Source: Candidatus Marinacidobacterales bacterium
Lineage (GTDB): Bacteria; Acidobacteriota; Vicinamibacteria; Marinacidobacterales; SMYC01
Length of the DNA: 64,000 nt
NCBI GenBank assembly: GCA_965237955.1
Contig: OZ250169.1
Span: forward strand, 4,096,001-4,160,000
Reading direction: 5' to 3'
A program made the translations under genes and the position numbers. Shown in pieces: positions 41,142-50,464 of this stretch. Below the pieces are notes generated by a model. That model made no database searches, was not told where the DNA came from, and worked only from the letters and a program-made list of their open reading frames with translations. Position 1 is the stretch's first letter. Each line of letters starts with the position of its first letter.

Positions 41142-42950
41142 GTTCTTCTTTACTTTCTGCCTGAGTACAGTGTAGCGACGGCGACCTTGCACGCCTTGAT
41201 GAACGTGTCGCGCCAACGCGTAAGAATTTATTCTGCCTCTCCTGCCATTTCAGTGGATCCTCTCGAGGGTGAGACCGCCACAGTTTAGGTAGACGAGACT
41301 GATGAGAGCTTCGGCAGAGTGGAGTCCAAAGCTGCGGTGGCTCAGCAGCCGGATTTTGTTGTTCATTCCTTCGAGTCGGCCGTTGCTGAGTCTCCACGTG
41401 ACCCACGCGATGACGCCATCGAAGTGGCTGCTCATCTTCGCCGCGCGTTTGACGGGCTCTATCCTCGAGCTCATAGCGCGCCGCAGCCATCCTCGGAGAA
41501 ACTTCTTGGCCCATGTCTCGGTTTTGTAGGTGTAGAGGTCCATGAAGTTGTCGCGCAGAAGCATGGCGCGGTAGAGGCGACGATTAGCTCGCACCTGCTC
41601 GCGGAGCACCCGTTTGTCTTTCGCGCTGCGGTTGTGTTTGGCCTTGAGAAGGGGAAACTTGGTGTTCTTGAGGTTGCGCCGGGCAGTCCCTTTGAGCTCG
41701 CGCACCAGCTCGCGCCGGGTCTTATCCACGGCCTCGTTCAGATGCTTGACGATGTGGAAGCGGTCAAAGATCACCCGTGCCTGAGGAGCCTTTTTGCCGA
41801 CGACAGTTATGTACGGCTCCCACATGTCCATGCTGACCGCTTCGAGCTCCGCGGCTCTTTGTGGTCCGAGCTTGCGGAAAAACCGCAGCAGCGTCTTGGC
41901 CTTGCGCTCCTTTCCCGCCCAGACGACCCGGCCGCTGAGATGGTCTATTACCACTGTTAAGTACTTGTGGCGTTTGCGGTAGCTGATCTCGTCCATCCCA
42001 ATCACCCGCAATCCATCGAGCTCGCGCCGCTCATCCCGCTGCTCGGCAACCACTCGCTGGATGATCCGTCGCACCGAACGCCACGTCACTCGGAAATAGT
42101 TCGCTACGGCGCTGACGTCCGTCCTCTGTGCCAGCCACGCTACCTCTTGTTCGAAGCTTTTGGTAAAGCGGCTTCCCTTGTCGGCCCAAGGCACCTTTTC
42201 TCTGACCACTCCACACCGCCGACATACCACTCGTCGGATCGAGTAGCGAAGATAGGTCCGGACTCCGAACAGGTCCAAGTGCCGCCAGTAGCGATTGTAG
42301 CGATCTTTGTTCTTGCGGACCTTTCGTCCGCAAATCCCGCACAGAGGCTTCCTCCTCCGTGGTACTACATCCACCACCACTCTGGCTTTGTCCGCCTGGA
42401 AGTGGAAACCTCGGACCCACAGGCCTTGCAATCCGATGAGCTTGTTGACTAACGTAGTAACGCGCATCGCGGGAACGCTCTTTTCTCTTTCGGAAAAAAA
42501 GATTCTAGCGTTCTCGCCGATGCGCATCTACACATGGCTTACCCTCTCAACCCACGGGCCTCACCAAATGCCACTGCCCCTCAGCGGGAGACAAGGCTGT
42601 GGGAAACGCCCCCACGGTTCTGGTCGTTCAGACCTTGCTCACGACTGAGTTCTCTTCGAAGCCTGGAAGGGCGTTTTCCATAGCCTCCACTAATCGAGCC
42701 CCCCCTTCCTTATTCCATATGAATTAATCTTTCTTGTATATATATCAGGAGGGGCCTGTGGGCGCTCGTGGGAAACGCGAAGCGTTTCCCAAGCGATTGT
42801 GGAAAACGCCGCTCCACGTTTGTACGTGCTCACAACCTTTCCCTAAACGCCTCTCTCGCCCGGAGTTTCCGGCGTTTTCCACAATCGCGGCAGCGTCCAT
42901 AGGCCATGCCCTCCAACACAAATCAGATCCCCCGAAACGACAGGAGAACC
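41141..42950 (-). mobile_element. ISL3 family element
   Basis: GGTTCT... and ...AGAACC termini enclosing the transposase; no TSD seen. Confidence 0.65.
41250..42467 (-). CDS. ISL3 family transposase
   Basis: C..C zinc finger, IGMDEISYRKRHKY, SMDMWEPY, DRFH, SNGRLEGMNNKI. Confidence 0.92.
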   Translation of the reverse strand: MRVTTLVNKLIGLQGLWVRGFHFQADKARVVVDVVPRRRKPLCGICGRKVRKNKDRYNRYWRHLDLFGVRTYLRYSIRRVVCRRCGVVREKVPWADKGSRFTKSFEQEVAWLAQRTDVSAVANYFRVTWRSVRRIIQRVVAEQRDERRELDGLRVIGMDEISYRKRHKYLTVVIDHLSGRVVWAGKERKAKTLLRFFRKLGPQRAAELEAVSMDMWEPYITVVGKKAPQARVIFDRFHIVKHLNEAVDKTRRELVRELKGTARRNLKNTKFPLLKAKHNRSAKDKRVLREQVRANRRLYRAMLLRDNFMDLYTYKTETWAKKFLRGWLRRAMSSRIEPVKRAAKMSSHFDGVIAWVTWRLSNGRLEGMNNKIRLLSHRSFGLHSAEALISLVYLNCGGLTLERIH

Positions 42951-42951
42951 A

Positions 42952-43290
42952 TTATTCTTTTGCTTTCTTCTTGTAGGGCCCGCGCTTGCGGGGCTTCTTC
43001 GCTTCCGTCTTTTCTAGGAGATTTACCATTTCTTCGATGGTCCAAACGTGGTCGCTCACGCCAGCTTCCATCGCGGGCGTAACAGGTAAACTTTGATGCA
43101 CACGGCCAAAGTTGTAGTACATAACGAAGAGTGCGAAAGCCGCAACATGGTTCGTGATCTTTTTTGAAAAGGCGTTCGTCAACCTAGTCTAGCGACGCAT
43201 GCTCATCCGAACTGTCAAGTTGGATCGTTCAATGAAACTGGTGGAAATGTGTTCAGGGTCTGGACTTCCCGTAATCGTGCGCTGCCGATT
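42952..43290 (-). pseudogene. IS1-like transposase C-terminal fragment with a nonsense codon
   Basis: PDPEHISTSFIERSNLTVRM..RR*TRLTNAFSKK...TPAMEAG. Confidence 0.7.
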
Positions 43291-43449
43291 TCAAAAGACC
43301 CCACCACCCAAACAGGCCAAATAGACCCATGAGTGTCCGAGCTGGGGTGGTGGAAGCGGTTAGGGGGGATGCCCGGGTGTCAACGCCGGCCGAAAACTGT
43401 GCATTCATGGCGGATGAAAATTGCACACCCGAGCCATGGGTGGCGAACC

Positions 43450-44278
43450 CTATGACGCCGTCGCCTCCGTGTATTTCCTATGAGATTTAGCCGGCGGGTG
43501 AGGTTCGTCCGAACCCGCCGGATGGAGCGCTCGCCACAGTTCGGAGTGCTCTCTCATGCGGTAACTGTTTCCTCGGATGTTGACGAGGTGGCAGTGGTGC
43601 AGAAATGCGGTCGATGAGAGCGGCGGCCATGACTTCGTCGCCAAGGATCTCGCCCCATTCCTCGAAACTTTTGTTAGAGGTGAGCACGGTCGAAGCGCGC
43701 TCGTATCGCCTACTTATGAGCTGGAAAAAAAGCACCGCGCCGGTCTGGGTGACGGGTAGGTATCCGATTTCATCGACAACAAGCAGTGACGGATAACTGA
43801 GAACCGCGAGTCGACGAGTGAGGCGGCCCGCGTCACGAGCCTCTTCGAGGGAGGTGATGAGCTCAGCCAGGGTGCCGTAATAGACGCGCCGTCCATTCTG
43901 GGCAGCGGCGATGGCAAGATGAGTTTTGCCCACACCAGGAGGTCCCAATAAGACGACGTTCTCCTTACGTTCAACGAACCCGAGCTCGTGAAGGTTCTCA
44001 ATCTGCTCGCGTTTGATCGATGGCTGGAACGAAAAATCGAACTCATCGATTGTTTTGACCGCGGGGAGTCGTGAGGAGCGCATCGCCGCTTGGAGACGAC
44101 GGTTGTTTCTCAACGTGATCTGCGCTCCAAGAAGGTTCTCGATGGCCTCCGCCGTTGTGACCGCACCGCCATCGGCATCAGATAGTACGCGGCCGACAGC
44201 TTCGAGCGCGCCAGGCATCTTTAGGTCGGCCAGCATCGTACGGATCTGCTCACGTCGCGATATTGTGCTCGCCTTCAT
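43450..44278 (-). CDS. istB: IS21 helper ATPase IstB (frameshift near the C-terminus)
   Basis: GPPGVGKTHLA, LVVDEIGY, TSNKSF, GNSYR in the second frame. Confidence 0.85.
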
Positions 44279-45318
44279 TGTCCACCTCCAACGAGCCGCG
44301 TGTAGACTTCGAGGGGACGATGCTCGACATCCATCGAAGGCAGTGTGGTTAAGCAGGCTTTTGGAGTTCTTCTCGCGGGTTGGTTTGGCAGTACAAGAGA
44401 GCGATATGGCCGCTCAACGAGCGGTCTCAGAGTGGCCCTTTCATCGCGCGCGAATCGTTCTATCGGTCGTTCGTTGGTTGTGCGATGGAGTCGGACGTTG
44501 GCGACGTCACTCAGCCAACGCTCGAGCTGAGCATCGAGGTCGTCATCGTTGATAAAGTGGCGACCGTAGAAGAAGCTTCCTCTCACATAGCGGATTGGCC
44601 TTTCCACTTTGCCCTTGGTCTTCGCCCGATACGGGCGACACGCTCTTGTTCGAAACTCCCAGTGGTGGGCGAAGCGGACGAACTCTGGGTTCTCAACGAG
44701 AGGGCCACCTTCCCGGCGGTGATCCTCGACGATGACCGAACGCATCTGGTCAAAAAGGAGCTCTTTGGGAACTCCTCCAAAAAATAGGAAGGCCTGCTCA
44801 AGCCCCGCGAACAACGTCCGCATGTCCTGTCGCTTGAAAAACCGAAGCCATAGCAGCCTCGAGTATCCGAGCACCACGAGAAGTGCCCACCGACGACCCC
44901 ATGGCAAACGAAAGTGTGCAAAATCGACCTGAGCTTGGTGGCCTGGTGGGGTCTCGAAACGCACCAGCGGCTCCGCCGGTGGCTGTGGGCGAATCTGCCG
45001 CACGTACTCCTTGACCTGCGTGTAGCCGCCTTCATAGCCCGCGGCACGGATCTCATCATGCAGGCGTACTGAACTCAGCTCCGGGAACTCGTGCAGGCGC
45101 GAATGAAGGATCTCCCGGTACGGGTCGATCCTGCGCTCGATCCGCGGACGCTTCTTGTAGCGCACCGTTTCCTCGTCCAACTCTCGGTCCAGTTGACCCG
45201 TCTTTATCCAGTGGTGGACCGTTCGGCGGCTGATTCCTAGCTTGTCTGCTAGCGCCGCCTTCTTGATTCCCTGCTCCAAATACTCTCGTAGTAACACTCG
45301 TTTCTCCCTTCCGTACAT
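44275..45318 (-). CDS. istA: IS21 transposase IstA
   Basis: RFETPPGHQAQVDF, LGYSR, FDQM, TKGKVERP. Confidence 0.92.
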   Translation of the reverse strand: MYGREKRVLLREYLEQGIKKAALADKLGISRRTVHHWIKTGQLDRELDEETVRYKKRPRIERRIDPYREILHSRLHEFPELSSVRLHDEIRAAGYEGGYTQVKEYVRQIRPQPPAEPLVRFETPPGHQAQVDFAHFRLPWGRRWALLVVLGYSRLLWLRFFKRQDMRTLFAGLEQAFLFFGGVPKELLFDQMRSVIVEDHRREGGPLVENPEFVRFAHHWEFRTRACRPYRAKTKGKVERPIRYVRGSFFYGRHFINDDDLDAQLERWLSDVANVRLHRTTNERPIERFARDERATLRPLVERPYRSLVLPNQPARRTPKACLTTLPSMDVEHRPLEVYTRLVGGGQ

Positions 45319-45560
45319 CGGCGCCTCCACTCCGGAAACGCCATTCTGATTGAAGGCGCGCCGTCATGTCTGGCACTCCAGACACACGACAACGGCCTCC
45401 TTTTACGGATGGCCGAGTGTGCAATTTTCGTCCGCCATAAGTGTGCAATTTACGCCCGCCGCTAACACCGGGAGCCTGCTGGCGCCTTCTGAGTACTGGC
45501 AGGCCACCGGAAGAGAAACCCAGCTAGGTGTGGATATTGACCGCTATCGTCTGTAGCGAC

Positions 45561-45589
45561 GAGTTCAGCAGCAACTCGGCTCGTTAGGC
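45561..45589 (-). other. Truncated integron attC site (R'' arm)
   Basis: Minus strand GCCTAAC-GAGCCGAGTTGCTGCTGA shortly after an ORF stop; partner arm missing. Confidence 0.4.
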
Positions 45590-45631
45590 GGTGCTTGCCG
45601 GAGTCTTCGCAAGGTCTCGTGCGCTTCCAGG

Positions 45632-45811
45632 TCAGCCTTCCAAAAACGCCTTGATCCGCGCGTTCAGGCTGGGCGCCGCCATCGAATCAAAGCCACCGCC
45701 CGCTGCGTGCCCGAAGTCCGATCGAATCGGTTCAAGCTCTGCGTCCGCGAGTAACGCGGCCTCTGCCTCGCAGTCGCTTACGCGAAAGTACAGATCAGTA
45801 TCACAAGGCAT
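45632..45811 (-). pseudogene. Alpha/beta hydrolase (MetX-like) C-terminal fragment
   Basis: MPCDTDLYF...AELEPIRSDFGHAAGG. Confidence 0.5.
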
Positions 45812-46100
45812 GACCTGGAGCGGCCGTGGCACAGAGTTGAACCGCCGTCCAAGTCGCAAGCAGCAGGGCAATGACTAGTGCCGCGGCCGATCGTACGAGT
45901 AATAAAGTCCGCCTCCGGCTGTGTGTCTTCCCGATCGCCATGGCTGCGCTGGCGCCAAGGAAGGCTGCGAATGCCATCCACAGCATGCGAAGGTCGTGGC
46001 GGCTGCTAAACGCCCGCATTAATCCGAAGACGAACGGGGCTGCGGCAAGGGCAATTGCGACACAGTAGATCCGACGGTCTCGCGATGTCGGTCTCATCAT
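45801..46100 (-). CDS. Cassette-like small membrane protein, probably 3' truncated
   Basis: Starts about 16 nt after attC R'; hydrophobic segments. Confidence 0.5.
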   Translation of the reverse strand: MMRPTSRDRRIYCVAIALAAAPFVFGLMRAFSSRHDLRMLWMAFAAFLGASAAMAIGKTHSRRRTLLLVRSAAALVIALLLATWTAVQLCATAAPGHAL

Positions 46101-46116
46101 CGAACTCTTCTCGCCC

Positions 46117-46220
46117 GCCTAACGTGCTGCTGAGCTGCGGCCGGCGTCATTGAAGATAGCGTAATCTGATTCTTTGGGCGAATCGTACGTGCCGGCCGTC
46201 TGCTCCAGCTGAACTTATAC
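46117..46220 (-). other. Integron attC site (104 bp)
   Basis: Minus strand GTATAAG (degenerate R'')...GTTAGGC (R'); arms GCTGGAGCAGACGGCCGGC / GCCGGCCGCAGCTCAGC with two extra bases on the R'' side. Confidence 0.7.
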
Positions 46221-46250
46221 AGCTCGCCCTTCACATTGTCACCTCCGTAT

Positions 46251-46616
46251 CTACGCTACGGGGAACGGAATGATCTCGGAGCCGAGAAGTGCGCGGTCAC
46301 GCGTCACCAGGGGAATGTTCTCGACTACACTCGTCGCGGCGATAAGCTCGTCGGCGGGGTCGCCGCTGATATCCAAACGCCAGCTTTAACGACAGATTTC
46401 CAACGTCAAGGGCCAAGTGTGGATGCACCTCAGAGTTCGTTCGACCTTGGGGTGTTCGAGCTCGACATCAATGCGGCCGAGTTGCACAAGTTTCGAGAGT
46501 TCCCATAAAACGATGGCAGAGATGCTCCAACGAGTCTCCGAAAGAAGCGAGTGTTCCTTTTCGTTGAGCTCTCCGGCGAGGGCGAAGACTAGTATGTGAG
46601 TATCAAGATTGAGCAT
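46251..46616 (-). pseudogene. vapC: VapC/PIN toxin with an internal stop at 46386-46388
   Basis: LNLDTHIL, SAIVLWE, and after the stop GDPADELIAATS..LVTRD. Confidence 0.82.
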
Positions 46617-46827
46617 TCCATGTCACGCGCGTCGAAAGAATGTCTCCTTTGACCTCGATTTCGTCTTTTAGGCTACCAATGAGATGAGCGGAATCCGCCT
46701 CGATAGGAATCAGTTTTGCCACGGGCTTTCCATGTTTCGTCACGACGATACCTTCCGGCCCGACCTCGTCTAGAATCGCCAGACACTTCTCCTTGAACTG
46801 AGCCGATCCAATGGTTTTTGCACTCAT
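46603..46827 (-). CDS. Phd/YefM family antitoxin
   Basis: QFKEKCLAILDEV, IVVTKHGKPVAKLIP; overlaps vapC. Confidence 0.88.
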   Translation of the reverse strand: MSAKTIGSAQFKEKCLAILDEVGPEGIVVTKHGKPVAKLIPIEADSAHLIGSLKDEIEVKGDILSTRVTWNAQS

Positions 46828-46831
46828 GACC

Positions 46832-47918
46832 TGCCTTGGTGCACAACTCCGATAGAGGCCGATAGCTCGCTTGGCCCCGACTCCCATCATCCGATCATCT
46901 CGCTATCAGGCATCCCGAGCGCCGTCATGGTGTTGAGAATCTTGCACCCGATCCTTGCCTCGACTCTCTGTGCCGCCAACCCTCTCGCTCGCATCGCTGA
47001 GCCCACGATAGCCTTGTAGCGATGGAACGTTGTCTCGACTTTGCTCCGTTTGCTGTAGCCCGATTCTGTGTGCCACTTTCGTTTGCCGAGCCGAGCTTGT
47101 GCTGCAATGTTGCGATTGCGCTGTCGGCTGCTCGCCGGCCCCGATGCGAGCTGGGCGCCCTTGCGCGGCGGTATCAGCACCCTCGGCGAGCAATGAGCGC
47201 TGTGATTCTCGATTGCCTCATAGACGCCGCCGGCGTCGTATGCGGTGTCAGCTCTGGCCGATGAGATGGGACTGTCGATCTGTCCGACAAGCGATGCAAC
47301 CCGCGATGAATCGCGGGCTCTTTTGCTCGTCAGCTCGCCGGCGACGACTTCGCCACTCTGCTCGTCGACACACAGATGGAGCTTGCGATAGTCCCTGCTC
47401 TTTGGTGCTCTGCGCAGCTGGCCGGCGTGGACAGCGAGACCGCTGCTGTCGATCAAGATGTGCAACGGCGTCTTCTGCTTGTCTTGGTAGAAGGGGACCT
47501 TACCCAGCTTCGCCTTGCGCCTCGAGATCGTGGTGTGATCGGGCACATCATTGTCTAGCTTCATCAGAGCGAACAACGATCGCAGCAATCCCTCGCTCTG
47601 CCTAGATGACAGATGAAACACCATGCCCAGGGTGACAGCCGTCTCGATGGCGTGGTTCGAGTACTTGCGTTGACGGCCCGGTTTCCTCCTCCTCGGCCGG
47701 GGCGCGTCCCAGTTCACAAGCTTGCCGGCGGTGAGCGAGATCCAGACGGTCAGGCTCCCACGGTTGCGTAGACCCGCCTCATATTCACGCCAATTCCTCA
47801 CGCGATAGGCCTTCTTCACATACTTCCGCTGAGTGCGTTTGAAAATGCTCATGGGGAACCTCGAATCCGTGAGTAAAGGACAATTGTGGACCGAGATCGC
47901 GAGTTGTGCACCAAGGCA
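46832..47918 (-). mobile_element. IS5 family element, copy 2 (transposase 46887-47852)
   Basis: Same 18-bp IRs; near-identical to copy 1. Confidence 0.92.
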
Positions 47919-48724
47919 ACGCCGAAGCGGCAGAACAGTTCGAGAAAGTCACCGAGCTCACTCCAGCCAACATGCGAGCCTACAGTAACCTCGGAACCGC
48001 CTACTTCGCGATGGGAGAGCATGATCGCGCGATCAAAGCATTCCAACTTCCACTCGCAATCAAGCCCACGTACTTCGCGTATTCCAACCTCGGCACGATC
48101 TTCTACTTCCAGGGAAAATACGTTGATGCCGTGCGCGAGATGGAGAGCGCCATGGAGCTGCGGAAGAGCGACTATCGTTCCTGGGCGAACCTCGCAGACG
48201 CCCGATACTGGGTCGAAGGTTTGAAAGCACAAGCCACGGCGGCCTATCTCGAGGCGATAGAATTGGCCGAGAACGATCTCGAGGTCAACCCCAACGATCC
48301 TACCGTTCTCAGCCGGCTGGCAACGTACTACGCCAAACTAGTCCCCTGTATCAGAACAAACTAGATAAAGCAGAGCTTGCCGAAACCATTCTAAGTGCAT
48401 GAATCTTATGAATCTTATGGGCTGGCGAAAAGCCTAACTTTGTATAGTAATCAAAGATCCAGGGGACTAGGCGAGGGCGGACAGGCCCACGAGGCGCTGG
48501 AGCGCGCACAACGTCTCGCTCCCCACGATACCGAACTTTTGGCCCGCGCCGCGCTCGTCCATGAGCTGACGGGAAAGCGCGACGACGCGTTGGAGTACTT
48601 GCGCCAGGCGTTCGCTTCAGGATACTCACCTGATTTCGTCAAACATGAGCCGTTTCACGCTGAATTAAGGAACGACCCCGGATTCGCCGCCGTTCTGGCG
48701 TTCGCTGATGGAGAGAGACCATGA
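47919..48724 (+). pseudogene. TPR-repeat C-terminus (kinase/regulator type), 5' truncated by IS5 and split by a MITE
   Basis: AYSNLGT repeats; removing the MITE restores YYAKL-GEGGQ; ends with LRNDPGF. Confidence 0.75.
48341..48467. mobile_element. 127-bp IS630-type MITE with TA duplication in CTAG
   Basis: IRs GTCCCCTGTATC / GATCCAGGGGAC; flanks aaacTA and TAggc. Confidence 0.8.
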
Positions 48725-48835
48725 AGCCCTCGATCGTTGCGGGCGTCGTCCCCAAGCCGGCCTCATCGTCTTTTTCGAAGTTGATTTCGACAATGGCACG
48801 ACAGGAACAGAGTCTAGAGACTAAGGAGAAGATAA

Positions 48836-49216
48836 ATGTCGAGATTGGTAACAGTGACGGAACTGGCTATCGAAGTCACGCTCGAGAGCGAGGAGCTCTC
48901 CTATAAATTCAACAACGGCGCAAGTAACTTTCCGCAGAATACGCGCATAAGCAAGAACGGCCGGATCACGTGGAAATTTGCGGCGCAAGACCCCGACACG
49001 GCTTTCATGACTGTCTTCATCGGATGGAACACTCCACTTATAGACTCCGAAAAAAACAGCGCCGTCACGTTGCGCGGCCGCAGAGGTGAGATAACGGCGC
49101 ACGTAGCCCCGGATGCAGCGGAGGGCGTGTACAAATACTCCATCGCCGTTCACTGCGACGGAGAAATCTTCATGGACGACCCTGAATTCATCGTGGACGG
49201 GATGCATTACCCTTAG
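48836..49216 (+). CDS. Small beta-sandwich protein resembling the DP-EP family
   Basis: AAGGAG RBS; C-terminal YKYSIAV...DDPEFIV motif. Confidence 0.6.
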   Translation: MSRLVTVTELAIEVTLESEELSYKFNNGASNFPQNTRISKNGRITWKFAAQDPDTAFMTVFIGWNTPLIDSEKNSAVTLRGRRGEITAHVAPDAAEGVYKYSIAVHCDGEIFMDDPEFIVDGMHYP

Positions 49217-49444
49217 GGCCGGGCACTCAGGGCGTACGCTTCCGGCAAAGGAGACTTCGCTGACTATCTTATCCGCGTGTGCCTTCCATAAACTCGATCC
49301 GCAACCCTCAAGCTGCTCTCGACCCTGGGAGCGAGTTCACGCGCGTTGAATGCTTCGGTCGGCGTCGCGGTCATCGCGGAATCGGAGCCCGCGCAAGAAC
49401 GCCGCGCTTTTCGTGAGAAAGACATCACGTCAGTGCGGCGATCG

Positions 49445-50464
49445 TCACGTAGCGAGGCGACGGTAATAATGATGGAGACCTCCGACTTTCGGAACGGCCG
49501 TCACTCGCCCCATCGAGGGGGGATGGACGGTTCGCGGCTCGGGGGCATCTTTCTCGAGCGACAAGTGAGTCCGGCAGGAATGATAGCAGTCGACGTATTC
49601 GCGCAGGATTCGTCTCGCGTGCCGATCGTTGAGGACGATCACGTGGTCGAGGCACTCGCGGCGAACGCTTCCAATGACTCGTTCGACGTACGGGCTCTGC
49701 CACGGCGAGCGCGGCGCCGTGAGAACCTGTTGGATGCCGAGTTCCGCGACGCGACGTTTGAAGTACGCCCCGTAGATTCCATCCCGGTCCCGCAGCATGA
49801 AGCGAGGCGCGCTATCCCACGGAAAGGCGTCGACGATCTGCTGCGCGCTCCACTCAGCCGTGGGATGTTCCGTGACATTGAAATGTAGGATACGGCGCCG
49901 ATCGTGACGAAGGACGATGAACACAAACAGAACCCGGAACGTGGCGGTTGGCAACGTGAAGAAGTCAACGGACACCAAGTCCTTGACATGATTGTCGAGA
50001 AAGCTCCGCCACGTCTGAGACGGTGGACGGCGATGGCGAATCATGTACTTGGATACGGCGGCCTGGGAAATGGAGATGCCGAGCTTCGCGAGCTCGCCGT
50101 GCACGCGGGGCACTCCCCAGAGCGGATTGGCTCGACACATGTCACGGATCAGCTCGCGTATTTCGGGAGCGACGCCGGGTCGACCCGGCCGACGCCTCCG
50201 GCTCTTCCATGTCCAGTAGCGTTTGAACCCGGAGCGGTGCCACCGGACAACGGTCTCGGGCTTCACGATGATGAGGACCCTGGCCCAGTCGGTCCAGAAT
50301 CTTCGCAACAGCACCCAGAAACCACGGTCCACATTCGACAACCGCGGTCGTTTCACCGAACGTTGGAGGACGGCGAGCTGCTGGCGCAGAGCGAGATTTT
50401 CAAGAGCCAGTGAGCGGCGCGTTTTGAAAGCCGAGATGAGCGAACAGAGAAGCGACCAAATCAT
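49445..50464 (-). CDS. Integrase core (rve) domain transposase
   Basis: LENLALRQQL, PETVVRWHR, VDFF, RDRDGIYG, SPWQSPYVER, GGLHH.Y. Confidence 0.88.
   Translation of the reverse strand: MIWSLLCSLISAFKTRRSLALENLALRQQLAVLQRSVKRPRLSNVDRGFWVLLRRFWTDWARVLIIVKPETVVRWHRSGFKRYWTWKSRRRRPGRPGVAPEIRELIRDMCRANPLWGVPRVHGELAKLGISISQAAVSKYMIRHRRPPSQTWRSFLDNHVKDLVSVDFFTLPTATFRVLFVFIVLRHDRRRILHFNVTEHPTAEWSAQQIVDAFPWDSAPRFMLRDRDGIYGAYFKRRVAELGIQQVLTAPRSPWQSPYVERVIGSVRRECLDHVIVLNDRHARRILREYVDCYHSCRTHLSLEKDAPEPRTVHPPSMGRVTAVPKVGGLHHYYRRLAT

Larger units (their letters stand above)
43378..45467 (-). mobile_element. IS21 family element 1 with 5-bp TSD CCGGG
   Basis: TGT...ACA ends with subterminal repeats; CCGGG at 43373-43377 and 45468-45472. 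Confidence 0.88.

Noticed and set aside
21112-47918. Composite transposon bounded by IS5 copies 1-2 (or 2-3)
   Set aside because: Outer flanks show no shared target duplication
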